A stretch of DNA of 64,000 bases from contig CM074820.1 in assembly GCA_037447605.1 (NCBI GenBank), positions 1,798,001 to 1,862,000 on the forward strand. Reading direction: 5' to 3'. Of this stretch, positions 21,263 to 33,562 are shown in pieces (the first letter of the stretch is position 1; the number at the start of each line of letters is the position of its first letter). Under the pieces are notes generated by a model. The model was not told the origin of the DNA. It searched no databases and saw only the letters and a list, made by a program, of their open reading frames with translations. The stretch comes from Zygnema circumcarinatum SAG 698-1b (Eukaryota > Plantae > Zygnematophyceae). The position numbers were made by a program, and so were the translations under genes.

Positions 21263-24204
21263 AAAAAAAAAGGATTCTACTGCGCTACCGCGTGACGTGA
21301 CGAGTCGTGACGTGGGGACGTGAGGCGCGGTCGGAGGTGATTGATGTGAGGGGATGTTGAGGGGGGGGGGGGAAGTTGGGGGTGGGGGAGAGAGGGAGAG
21401 AGAGAGAGAGTGAGAGAGAGAGAGACTGAAAGCCAAGGGGTACTGGGTCGATTTGGGTCCCTTGGATTTTGGACGAATTAGGGCTAAGGGTTCGCAGGGA
21501 AGGAGAGCAGAGATTTGGCGTGACGTGACGAGATGGATTGAGTGGGTTGTTGTTTATTAATTGCGAGCTGCTTTACAACGGAATCAGTTGTGTGAGACGG
21601 AACGAAATTGCGCTCAAATTGGGCAGCATGGAATTTTCCTGCTAGACGGACCTATACGTACCTACAGCATATGTTGTCCTTGTAGATATGAGCAGCCGGC
21701 GGCTGGTGGCCCCTCCAGTGGCAGCAGCAGCAGTGAACCGAAAAGTGGAATTTTTTTTCAATCTGGCGAAATGACGCCCCTTCTCCTTCGAAGTGGTGTG
21801 TGAATGTGTGGAATGTGATTAGACCTGATTTGGGTTTGTTTTGTTTTTTTGGGTTGGCGAGATTTTTAGGGTTTAGTGGAGTGCGTTTGGGGTTCAGGTG
21901 AGTGAGGATGATGGGGAGGATGCTGATGATGTGATGCTGATGACGTCAGCGAGGTTTTTATTGGTTTGGGTTTGCGTTAATGGCTTTCTTGGTTTATGTT
22001 GGAGTCGAACTTAGTATTTGGGATCTGAATTGATAGTTTCTGATAGTTTTAGGTGGTGGGAATGCTTAGTGCTGAGGATGTTGTGATGGATGAGTTGGGA
22101 AAAGGAAAAATGTTGTGATTATGTGAGGGGAAAAAGTTGAAGTTGATTTAGCTGTCTCTGATTGGAATGAGGGTGACTTGAGAGTTACTAAGAATTCAGA
22201 AAGTTGGTTTGTTGGCTGGTTTGGTTTGTATTCACTGTGTGGGAGCATTTCTCTGATGTGGAATTTCTGGGGTGTGAGAGCTTTACGCAGAGATTGATAT
22301 AGAGGGGGGAGTAGAGAGGCCGGGGAGGGAGGGAAAGGGGGAGAGTGAAAGAGGGGACGAGTGATGGGAGGGGAACTAGAAGGGGAAAGGAGGGGAGAGA
22401 GCATGGAGAAAGAGGGAGAGTGGGAAAGAATGGAGGGAAGAGAGCGAAAGAAAAGGAGAGAGCAAGGAGTGGGAGAAGGGGAGGAGGAAGCAAGGAGAGG
22501 GAGCAAGGAGATAGAATGGAAGAATGATGAGAGGGTTAGTGAAGTGGGAAGGTCGACGGGATAGAGCAAGGAGATGAAGAGAGACAAGGAAGAGTGGTAG
22601 GAGAGGGAGGGAAGAGGGGAGAAAGTATGTTGGATCGGTGGGTCATTTTGATACTTCTTTGGAGGGTATTGAAGCTGGGAGGATAATTTTCTGATTGTTT
22701 TGATTTGGTGTTTTGCGGAAACGCAAGCTGCCTGCAGGATGTTGGGCAGTCTTTTTCTGTAACTTGGCTCGTTTCCCTGTTTGAATCTGTTGATGATCAG
22801 TATACGTCATTCATACAACATAATATAAACGTTTGACTTCAAGAAATGTGCGATCCTCAGTATGAGAAAAGTAAAAGGCATGAGAGATTCGTCAGTGCAA
22901 GAAGCAAAATGAAAGTCGCTCGATCTGTCATTTATGTTATGCAGTGGTGGAGAGAGGGAGCGATGTAGTGACGATGTTGCCATTGCAGGAAGCCTCACCT
23001 TGCGAGAATCTGCCTCCAATTACCATCTAGAAATTATAACATGCATAGAAATATATGGAGATATTACCGAACTCGCTTAATGTTAACTTTCATGCTTTCT
23101 CCCTTTCCCTGTCCATCGCCCTCTCCTTCTCTTTCCCCTCCCCACCTATCCCCTTTTCTCCCCTCTCCCCATTCTCCTATTCCCCTTTCCCCCTTCCCCC
23201 TCCCCTCTCCACCCTCCCCTCTTCCCCGCCCCTCCTTCCCTTCTCCCCCCTCCCCCCTCCCCCCTCCCCCCTCCCCCATTGTCTCTCTACTCTCCCTCCT
23301 CCCTCCAGCTCGTACCTCACTTCTAAAAGCATATGTTGCCCACATACACCCGCTTCAATCTTTCAGTGCTTCAAAAAGAAAAGGACCCCTTTACAGCCAT
23401 GCCGGAGAAACCCCTAACGCCTAATCAAAAGCCACCGACCATTTGACGACGTTTCCGCGCAGCAGAGGTCGTCCTGCTTTGTTAGCGAATCCGCCACCCC
23501 TCATTGAAACCCCTCTCTGCATTCAAAACGATTCCATTTGGATTTCGCCGGGCCCCAAGGTACGGTATTTGCACTTGCATGCAGGAGAAGGCAGCCATGG
23601 CGGCAAAAGCTAATACGTTGGCTGCTGCTTGCTTTCCTGCAACGTCTCAGCGACATGACGCGCGAAGTCTTGTAAGGAACTGTGGCTTGGACACGTGGCA
23701 CAAGCTGGAGTCAGTTCCCATGCAAGTGCTGCCATGGCTGCCAAGCTTTCCCCCCCCCCCCCCCCCCCCCCCCCCCCCNNNNNNNNNNCCCCCCCCCCCC
23801 CCCCCCCCCCCCCCGGGAATAAGCGTAGACAAGAGGGGGCAACTCTTCATGCTTGTATTGCAGATGGCTGACTTGTGGCAGCACGTCAGGCATGCATGGT
23901 GCATCGCTTTCTCATGAAAAGTAACGAGGAAAAATTCATCATGAATGAAGAAGAATGAACGAATTCGGATGAATTCAGATGAATTTACGGGCAGAAATTG
24001 TTAAGAAGGCTAAAGAATCAGGATTGTTTGAGACCCGTTGCCAGAATGCAGCCGTGTTTGGGCCATCGTTATAAAGCTTGTGGTTATCTGGAAGGGGAGT
24101 CTGTAGTCTGATTTTCTGTTTCTAGGTCAGCTTTTTAGCTTCTCTCTATCTCGGGTCCCTTGAGACACTAGAGGACTTGGAAGGAAGGGAGAGGTTTGGG
24201 AAAG

Positions 24205-24555
24205 ATGGCGGAGAAGACTGCACCTGAGCAGGCTGTGGAGGAGGTGAAGGAGAAAATGAAGGACGAGGTCTGGCACGAACCCTGCAGCATGCGTCCTTAT
24301 TTTTTTCGACTTGCATGGATCATGTGTGTTACTAGACTTCATGTCTGAGAGCGCTGCCAGTTTCTTGTGAGAGTTCAAGTATATGTGGTCGAGTTTTGCT
24401 GTCTTTAATGCTTTTTTCTTCTTGATATAAGCAAATAGTGAATCATTATGGGAAGTATGCCTGTTCCTTGAAATAGAGCTTACTGTGTTCGCTTGGTCTG
24501 ATAATGAAGGTCGAGCCCGAGCAGGAGGTGAAAGAGGGTGAGCCGGTTGAGAAAG
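24205..24555 (+). CDS. Tentative small acidic protein, partial model (3' end unresolved)
   Basis: Possible exons 24205-24267 and 24510-24555 give MAEKTAPEQAVEEVKEKMKDE-VEPEQEVKEGEPVEK, with an internal PEQ.V.E repeat. The acceptor is a weak AAG and no family was recognised. Confidence 0.25.
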
Positions 24556-24776
24556 GTGAGAGTGAACCATAGAGGGAGGCCCTAGTTTGCAACTTTCCAC
24601 CGATTTTCCAGAAGGTGAAAGAAGAGGGAAAGCTAGACGCTATTCTAAGTTGGCGCCGGAGGAGAGGTGGTCGAGGCTCGGGTTCATCTGACGGAAAGTA
24701 TGAGTTAAAAAATGTCAAAAAAATCATCATACGTTCAAAATTTCAGCGCAGATTGTCTCTCTCTGTCGATAGGGAG

Positions 24777-24889
24777 TGTCAGCCGCAGCAGGATCGCGAT
24801 GTCACCGGAGTACTCGTTTTGACGTAAAACTTACGATCAACTTTGTAATTCCAAACTTTCTTGTTCGTAAGATTTCGTCAAGTCTGACA
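24777..24889. repeat. Short element bounded by TGTCAG...CTGACA, related to 18266-18345
   Basis: 6-bp terminal inverted match, plus two blocks shared with the 18.3-kb copy. Confidence 0.5.
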
Positions 24890-25791
24890 TCCACTAATGT
24901 ATACGCTAGTCCTGCTAATCCTGTCCCTCTGAGACGACAACTCTCGTGAAGTTGCTTACTTTATCGTAAGCACGTTATTGATGGCGAAGTAATATTCACT
25001 TCTTATGTTTGACGGTTATTTGGTTCTCTGCTGTGTTGTCCAGGAAGGAACGACGGAAAGTGCGAAGGCAGCCAACCCTGCGTTGAAGAGTTGGGGTTCG
25101 GAAGGATACTAAGATGGGGTGGAAGGGTAGCTTCTCAACCCTCAATAACTTCTGTACAGCTACTGAGATGGGAATTCTGTACAAAGATGTGAACAATAAA
25201 TGTTTCCAGTCTTTGTTTTTATAGTGATTGCACTCCCTCTTGCCATCCCCTCTCCCTCCCTACCTCCCTCCCAACTTCTACAACACCTCTAACAGCATAT
25301 GGTGCACACATTCACATTCATCTATCTCAGTGGTTCAAGGGAAGCCCGAAACGATATTCAAAAAGATGATGCATAAATCGCATGAACATAAACAACATGC
25401 CATAGCTTGCCATACATTGAACAAGGAAAAAACAAGTGGGGTCGCGATTGAATCAAAGAATCTCATTGATGAAAGCTCCGCTCCCACCTTGGCGCACATA
25501 GGACATGATTTGTCAGCGAATTTCCAGCCACCAACTGAGCACAACAGCACACGTATCCCCCTCGTGTACACATCACTGTCTCACATTCACAGAAACAGTT
25601 TACAGCGAAGCAGAGAGGAGAGCACCCTCTCTCCTCTATCTCTCTCTCCCTCTCTCAAACCGCACTCAGCTTACTTCAAATTTACCCTAAAATTATCAAT
25701 GTCAAAGTTTGAATAAACACTCCGTCGCATTCCTTTCTCTACTAAACAATGGACTATGAATTCTTCGAAACTGAAACTGAAACTGAATTGT

Positions 25792-28235
25792 CTATGACCA
25801 CCATGGAGCATCGCCAGTCCTGAAGTCGGTCTCTGTCCATGTGCTGAAAATCACCCTGTCATCGACAACATCCGCATGTGCAAGAGCCAGAGACTGCCAA
25901 AAATTCCCCCCATCAAAACCCCACGTCAGTATAGACCCTCCCTCCACAAAAACAAACGAAGGCCCACCACAAAAATTGACAAAAACAAGAAGCAAAACCC
26001 AACCACAAACAAAAAGCAACAAAAGGATCAGAAATGTGGTAAGAAATATATCCCAAAAGGGACGAACCAAAGGAGAACCAAAGGAGAACCAAAGGAGAAT
26101 ATGAAGAATTGCTAGTAGTTAAGGAGGAAGGAGTGGGATTGGGATTACCAGAGGAGCAGGTCCACGGATGACCTTGCCCTGGTTGTTGTACTGCGATCCG
26201 TGGCACGGACACGCGAACTTGTTCTCGGCCGCGCTCCATGGAACGACGCACCCAAGATGTGTGCAGACAGCGTTGATACCGTACGTGGCCAACGCAGACT
26301 CGCTCTCTACCACAAGGTAGGTGGGATCTCCCTGAATTTCCAACCACAACAAGCAAAGAATTTGCAGACAGTCAGATTCAGCCAGCCGTGTTTCAGCTCA
26401 TGCGTCCCTTTTCAGCCAAGTTCTGAAGGAGATTTCAAACCACAAAAACGAAGAATTTCAAGCGTAGATTCAATCAACCAGTAAGCTCTTTCATCAGCCC
26501 ATGGGTCTATCCTTTCAGCCAAATCCTCAAGGAAGCAAAGAAAAACACAGGTTTAGGTTTAGCAGGATTATAGCTTCAATCACGGGAAATCTAAACTGCG
26601 TCAAAGAATCGTGAAAAAATACTTCAAACGAGCAATCACCACTTGTCTAACTCCCTTACCTTCAATCCCTGAGTAAGGGTCCTGTCGTTAACGGGGTGGG
26701 AGGCCAACCAGGCGGAGGCAACCACATCGTTACCGAGAGCATCCTTAGCGGTGATACCGCCGGATCCTCCTCCGCTCCTGTTTCAATTGAAGAGCAAAGA
26801 GAAAAGTTTTGAGGATGTAAACAGCATACAATTCAGATTTCCCATGTGGGTTCTTCACAAACAAAAGAACCCACATTGCAAATCTCCCCATATTCGACAT
26901 CTGCCTATCCTTTCCATCCCTAACTCTCTGCCCCCCTCCTTTCCTCTCTCCCTTTCTCCCTCCCCCCTAAACAACAGGCCCTCATACCCATCAAACTCCT
27001 CTCTTTCATTTCCTAAGCATAAGAAAACTACCTAAGGCCCTCATAATCTTACCCGGGGGGAACAAAGAAGTATGCGAATCCTCCCAACATAGCGCCGCCG
27101 GGAAGCCCAAGGGCTCCGACAAGGAGGAGGTTGACAGTGTTCCTCTTTGCCATGTCCGGGACATAGGCAGGAGCTCCAGACATGGCGACTATGGCGGAGG
27201 CCCTCTTCTTGTTGGAAGGGGCAGCCATGGAGGCCGGAGCAAGGGCCTTGGTAGAACTGAAGACTCCATTGCTCACAGCTGCGAGCTGCACAACGACCAA
27301 AACTTCTTCTAGGTTAAAAACTAAATAATTACAATTTGAAGGGGGGTAGGTGGTTGGATGGGGCATGAAAGTAGGAAGTGGGTGTCGGTGTGCAGAGAGT
27401 GTGAGTGGGAGGTAGAGGACGAAAATAATTCCGAATCTCTCCCTCTCTGAAGCGGGAACTGGGATCTGAAAACCTCTTCATGGTCCTCCACTCTTTCAGA
27501 GAACTCCTTCCTCCATCCAACTCTCCCCTACCTCACTTCATTTGCGTTCCTATCGCTGATCTCTCTCCTCTGCCTCCACCTCTCCCTCTATTTCCGCTCA
27601 GACTTTCTTCCTCCCTATCCTCGTTAGCTTCCATGGGATGCATATGGAAAAAGCGAGAGCCCCATCAATGAAATATGCATTCTCCCCCCCCCTCTCCCTC
27701 TCCCTTCTTCAATTGTTAGCCATCTCCACTCTTTCAAAGGCAGACGTCTCAAATCGGTTACTCCCAAATCTTCCATCTGTCTCCCTTCACTTAACTCCCA
27801 CTCCCTCCCACTCTCCCTCAATACTCTCTCCACCCAGCCCCTCCTACTACCCCCCAGACTGATCGACCCCTCCCTCGGTCTCCCTCCCTCTCCCTCTCCC
27901 CGATCATGACCAATCTCGAGCGCTTATTCCCTCTCCGTCCCTCCCTCCCCCACCTTCTCCAATCCATCTCATATCCTCCCATGCCTTCACATCCCTCTCC
28001 CCGCCCCCTCCTCCCTCTCCTCCGAATCCTCGTTCTCCATCGTTCCCCCCATTCCCTCTCCCTCTCTTCTCCCTTCCCTCTCCCTCTTCTCTTCCTCTCT
28101 TCTCCCTTCCCTCTCCCTCTTCTCTCCCTCTCTGCTCCCGTCCCTCTCCATCCCCTCTCCCTCCCCTCTCCCTCCCCTGCATTCCCTTACCTGCTTGTTG
28201 CCAATAGCGGGAGCAGCGGCCATGGAGAGAGCCAT
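25792..28235 (-). CDS. petC: Cytochrome b6f Rieske iron-sulfur subunit, chloroplast precursor
   Basis: Exons 28235-28191, 27285-27053, 26777-26660, 26331-26149, 25893-25792, all in phase. Motifs [69 protein letters not shown]. Confidence 0.97.
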
Positions 28236-28335
28236 GGCGGAGAGATATGTACACAGAGAGAGAACTGAGGGAAAGAGGAAGGAGGCACCGCCAAAAACAC
28301 CCCCTCTCTATTTCTCCCTCTCTTTCACTGGCTGT

Positions 28336-28995
28336 GGCTTCGTCGCAGGATGTCGCATTTTGTCGCATAAACGAACCGTCACCCAATTGCCGTTGTCTAT
28401 GACACGTATGTTCAATCCTGCGACGAATTTTCGCTAGGCATATGTCGCCAGGCGACTCACTTTCCGCCAATGCGCGGAAACCGTCACAAGTGTAAATCGC
28501 TGTGCGACGCTTGTGTGAGCAAAAAATGTCGCAGGGATTCAGGCGACGCGTCGCACAGCCAATAAGAAAGGCTTCGCACACGTGTATATATATCCAACGA
28601 AACAAAAGGTCGAAGGTCGATCGTACGACTCTACATCCACCAATGCGAAGACGTTTTTACACATGTTGCGACCGTTATTTCGGTCGCAAGACAAGTCGCT
28701 GGACCAATGAGCACGCGCAACGACGACCTGAAACGGTCACGAACACCGAAAGTTTCACTTGACAAAATCTCTTCACACACCAATTGGGAAGTCTATTTAC
28801 ACGTGCGGAAAAACCAGTGTCCATTCCGGTGAAGCCAGAGTCTTCGGGCTGCCCGAAAACAAACGCAATTGTGGCCAGGGAAACGTCCGGAGCCGCGGAT
28901 TTTGCGGCCAATCGGATAAGGCCCGATAACGCCCTGCGACAAAATTGTCGTCGCACACGTGCGATTCCGTCGCAGGGCGTCGCGCAATGCGACAG
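28336..28995. repeat. Cluster of GTCGC/GCGAC motifs with short inverted repeats in the divergent promoter region
   Basis: More than a dozen TGTCGC/GCGACA/GTCGCA motifs; TTCGTCGCAGG (~28338) is inverted against CCTGCGACGAA (~28417), and ATTTTGTCGCA against TGCGACAAAAT (~28935). Confidence 0.5.
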
Positions 28996-29139
28996 TGGAT
29001 GTCTGAACCCTGCCTTGAACCCTCGAGTGGATCCGGGTCGGATTATATGCTGAACCCTCCTTTTTTCGAAGGCAAAAATTTGAATATGGATTTTAAGACT
29101 TCGGAATTTGATAAAAGGTTATGAATTACGAACTGATTT

Positions 29140-29410
29140 AGGGCTCAGGATTTAGAGATTAGGGTTAGGGTTTAGGATTTAGGGTTAGGATTCAGGATTT
29201 TAGGGTTTAGGGTTTTGGCTTAAGGATTTAGATTGAGATTAGATTGAGATTTAGATTGAGGATTGAGGGTTCAGGGGTCAAGGGTCAGGGTTTAGGGTAC
29301 AGAATTTAGGGTTTAGGGTTAGGGTTGAGAGTCTAAGGTGTAGGGTTTAGAATTTAGGGTTTAGGGTTTAAGACTTAGGGTTTAGGGTTGCGGTTACAAT
29401 TTAGGGTTTG
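29140..29410 (+). repeat. Interstitial telomere-like (TTTAGGG) tract
   Basis: Many perfect TTTAGGG/TTAGGG units, ending ~30 bp before the ATG at 29440. Confidence 0.85.
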
Positions 29411-29439
29411 GAGCAAGCGAAGGTCAGAACCAGTGTTCC

Positions 29440-29873
29440 ATGTCGAGCGAGTTCAGTTTGACGCGCATTTTGGGGGCCGTCGCGGGCGCGTGGGGCTGCA
29501 TTGGCCTCGCGTACTTTTGGAACGAAACTTCGCCGCTCGGCTGGTTCACGCTCAAGGCCAAGACGCAGGTGAAGGCGCGGAGGACAACTCGTGTTATCAA
29601 GGCAAATTTTAAAATACAAAAATCAAAATAAAATATTTCAAAACAGAAAAAAATGAGATTGAATGAACGAATGATTCCCTGTATCTTTCTCACTCTACCT
29701 CTCCCCCCCTCTCCCTCCCCCTCCCTCCCTNNNNNNNNNNGGAGGAGAGGGCGGAGAGGGAGGCGACCAGACTCTGGCTCAGGATGAGGAGGGAGGCGCT
29801 AAAGGAGCTGCAGGCGCAGGGGTACAGGGGGGAGGGGGAGGAGGAGAGGGGGGGGGAGGGAGACGGGAGGTAG
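29440..29873 (+). CDS. Small membrane protein of unknown function; middle part lost in the N-gap at 29731-29740
   Basis: Exon 29440-29568 MSSEFSLTRILGAVAGAWGCIGLAYFWNETSPLGWFTLKAKTQ (TM-like) with a GT donor; after the gap EERAEREATRLWLRMRREALKELQAQGY..stop at 29873. From memory both ends resemble one conserved uncharacterised land-plant family; not verified by search. Confidence 0.65.
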
Positions 29874-30901
29874 AGGGAGAGGGGGGAGGGGGAGCGGGAG
29901 GGAGAGGGGGAGGGGGAGGGGGAGGGGGAGGGAGAGGATGACAGATACGCTTACGTAGAGAGAGAGGGGGAGAGGGAGAGGGGGGGAGAGGGAGAGGGAG
30001 AGGGAGCGGGAGGGAGGCGGAGGGGGAGGGGGAGGGGGAGGGGGAGGGGAAGGGAGAGGATGACAGACATACGCTTACGGAGAGAGAGAGAGGGAGAGGG
30101 AGAGGGAGAGGGAGAGGGAGGAGGGGAAGCGGGAGGGAGGGGAAGGGGGAGGATGACAGACATACGCGTACGGAGGAGAGAGGGAGAGGGAGAAAGCGTA
30201 TGGTTCCGATTTTCGATTCCGAAGTATTCCTTCAATTTCAGCTCCTGTTCTTCGAAAGAAGTTTAGTTTAGTAATAAGTTTAGTTTGGTAACAGCAGGAT
30301 GTTTGAACGATGCCATTTCTGTAAAAGCTCGTAGTTGAGAATTCAAGTAGCACTCGATCTGCATTCAATATTCGCAATTGTACTCTACTTTTGTACAAAG
30401 TAAATTTCCAACCACCTCGTTTGAACAATGGCGGTTTTCATGCCTACAAAGGCTAAGCTATACAGTACAGCAAGTGATGCTTTTTACATTGAAATTAGCC
30501 TTCAGATGACACCCTGAACTATTTGTACATTTAACTCGTCGAAACTATTGATTCTTTTTTCCTGTATGGGGGGGCACTCGAACCATGGAACGAGGAAAAG
30601 CGGGACGAGAGGGGGAGATAGAGAAGACGGAGGAGGGGCGGAGATGAGGAGAGAGATGAGAAGGGGGGGGGGGGGGGGGAGAGTGAAGGACAGCTGAGAG
30701 AGGGAGAAGAGGAGCTTGAGCTGATAGAAAGAGAGAGTTGAAATATAGCTTTTAACAAGATCACAAAATTGAGATTTAGAGAAGAGAGGGAGAGGGAGAG
30801 GGAGCGAGAGAGGGAGAGGCTGAGGGCGACAGAGAGGGAGAGAGAGAGGGATAGGTGTCTGTCTGTCTGTCTGTCTGTCTCTGCTCTCTGTCGGTCTGCT
30901 C

Positions 30902-32831
30902 TCATGAGAATGTGATTCCGCGATTGCGAATTTCATAAGAGGGCGGGCTGCTTGCAACCACTTCAACTCTCCCTCCTCGCCAAACCTTCCAAACGAACTC
31001 GCGAGGTCGCACTCTCGGGGAGGCAGGTCCATTGGCGTACAGGCGAAGCCTTTGGGCGAGGGGGAAATCCGGAATGGAATTGGAGGGGGAGAGGGGGGAT
31101 AAAGGACTGGCCTCGAATCTCACTCTCTGCTTTGAAACTGTTTTGGGAGGGATTGAACGGACGCGGGCTGCAGAAGGGAGATACATAGTCAGTTTTTGGA
31201 AGATGAAGCGCACGTGTTAAGGAGTGTGAGGGAGTGGGAGTGGGAGTGGGAGGAGGGAGGAGGGAGGAGGGAGGAGGGAGGAGGGAGGAGGGAGGAGGGA
31301 GGAGGGAGGAGGGAGGAGGGAGAAGGAGATGGTGAGGGAGAGGGAGAGGGAGACGGAGACGGAGATGGAGTGGAGGGAGGAGGAGAGCGAAGAGGGGGGG
31401 GAAGGCAGATTGGGAAATGGAGGGGGAGAGACTGTAGAAAGAATTTGTCGTTGATGGTTGGCATCAGACATGAAAACGATAGCAAAGCAACGTCTCACAG
31501 TTTTGAGTTTTAAGTTATCGTTTGAGTTTCGGTTTGTCAATTTTTAGTCTTTGAGGTTTTCGTCTACGCTTGGAGGCAGTGGTGGAGAGTAGGAGAGGAC
31601 CTTTGCCTGAGTTATTAGCAGACTTTTCTGATGTTGCAATTTTCGTCACCGATGCGAGCAAGAAAATGGCGATAGATGTGATCGAAATTCCGAGACCGGT
31701 AAGAAGGAGCCAGCAATCCTCCACATTTCCGATCACAATTTCTCTGTTATGGACATTCCTGCAAAGTGAATTCCAAAGTTTAACCTTTCATAAGCTAGAA
31801 TACTATTCCTAAACTTCCAAATTACAAGTTAAAAAAAAAAAAAATGATAATCAAAAGATTCAAGAAGGCTTGGCCTTCTCTGACCTTTCAGAACAGCTAT
31901 CGGCTTGTCTCTCCCGACACCTCCGCCATTCTCTCTCCCTCTCCCTCTCCCTCTCTCTTTCCCTCTCCATCTCCATCTCCCTCTCCCTCTCCCTCTCCCA
32001 CTCCCTCTCCCACTGCCTCCCTCCCATCCCTCCCACTGTCCCTTCATCTCTCCCTCCCTCTCCCACACACTCCCTCTCCCTCTTCCTTCCCCTCTCCATC
32101 TCTCTCCCCGCTCCCATCCCCGCCCTCTCCCTCCCCATCCCCCCCTCCCCATCTCACTCCCTTCCCCTCGCCCTGTCTCCCCCTCTCCCTTCCCTCCCTC
32201 CCACTCTCTCTTCCCCTCCGTTTCTCTCTCTCTCCCTCCATCCCTCCATCCCTGCCTTCCTTCCTACCTGTATGTGTATCGCTTCCTTCTTACGTACCCA
32301 AAACCAATGATGGAACAAGCCTACAAGCGGACCAGCACTTACCCTCCCTTTGCTTCCATTCCAATCAATAATTTCGATTGCATAACTGCCAATGTTTGGC
32401 AGAAAAGTCCTTCCATAAAGTAGCTTATGTCAGGAAGGGTCTCGCCAAAAATATTTCGTTTAAGTTGTCCCCAAAGTACAGCCCACAAGAGGGCCAAAAT
32501 TCCTGCAAATCTCTTTCCCAATGGTGTCTAAAAGGGCTAGGATTGTAAACAAAATCTGCGTCAAAAGGCTTCTAGGTCTTATTTAATAAAAAAAAACATA
32601 ATATGCCATACCTGCAGAAGCAAGAAAGCCCGTTGCGAAAAAAGAGCAAAGGAACCACGCCTCCATCATTCGCTTGAATGTGGCTCCCTTTAACGATGGT
32701 TTCAATTTTGGAAAAAGAGGGGGTTTTCTCATGCAAGAGTTCGTCGATGTCATTGTTGAAATGGGCCTTAAAGTCATCAGCCTGACTGGAGGCAAAGGCT
32801 CGATCGATTCAGGAGCAGGTTTCTTCACCAT
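30902..32831 (-). CDS. Hypothetical two-TM membrane protein, ~278 aa
   Basis: Exons 32831-32612, 32502-32343, 31758-31568, 31167-30902 join in phase (837 nt). Hydrophobic segments AWFLCSFFATGFLASAGILALLWAVLW and WLLLTGLGISITSIAIFLLASV. No family recognised; the third donor is weak. Confidence 0.55.
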
Positions 32832-33424
32832 GCAGCCAGGGTTTTTTCAATCACTTGTGATGATTTTAGGGTGTCACTCGGTACTCGTCCTGCTGCCTCC
32901 CTCTCTCTCTCACTCTCTCTCTCCATCCCTCTCTCCCCTCTCTCTTTCTACTCCCCCTCCCCCCCCCTTTCTACCCTTCTTCTATCTCGACCTCTCTCTC
33001 CCCGTCTCCCCCCTCTTTCCCTCCTCTCTCTCCCTCTCCCTACCTTTCCCACTCCACCTCTCTCTCCCTTTCCCCCCACTTTCTCTCCCCCTTTCTTTCT
33101 CCCCCCCCTATTTTTTTTTTTTTTTTAATGATTTATTATTTATATGGTTTAATAATTCAAGAATATTTCACGCCAGTGAGTGTTATCTGAGACTGTGGAA
33201 GTCGTCCGAACCTATTGAGCTCCCTTAGGCGCGCGAGTGCGACTGCAGGCGTGACATGACAAAGCGGTTCGCCGGCGCGAATCGAGCATTCGCCAACTGA
33301 AACCAAAAACCAGAAACCGCAAAAACCGGACACTGGAAACTGGAATCCGTAAACCGCGGAACCAGAAAACTGGAAAGAAGAAGTGGAATCATGGGCTTAT
33401 TTGCGAACAGCATACTGAAATATC

Positions 33425-33562
33425 AAATTCGGAAACTGAAACCCAAATTCGGAAGCTGAAAGCCTAAATCGGAAACTGAAAACCCAAATTCAGAAACTGA
33501 AAACCCAAATTCGGAAACAGAAAACCCAAATTTGGAAACTGAAAACCCAAATTCGGAAACTG
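33425..33562. repeat. 21-bp minisatellite (AAATTCGGAAACTGAAAACCC), about 6-7 copies
   Basis: Directly visible tandem units with single substitutions. Confidence 0.9.

Noticed and set aside
25040-25090. SRP-RNA-like GGAAGG..GCAGC motif
   Set aside because: No supporting helix 6/8 pairing or Alu domain; equally readable as an exon.
31570-33228. Plus-strand ORFs at 31570 and 32674 as exons
   Set aside because: The minus-strand model joins four exons in phase with TM helices; the plus-strand ORFs are its antisense shadows.
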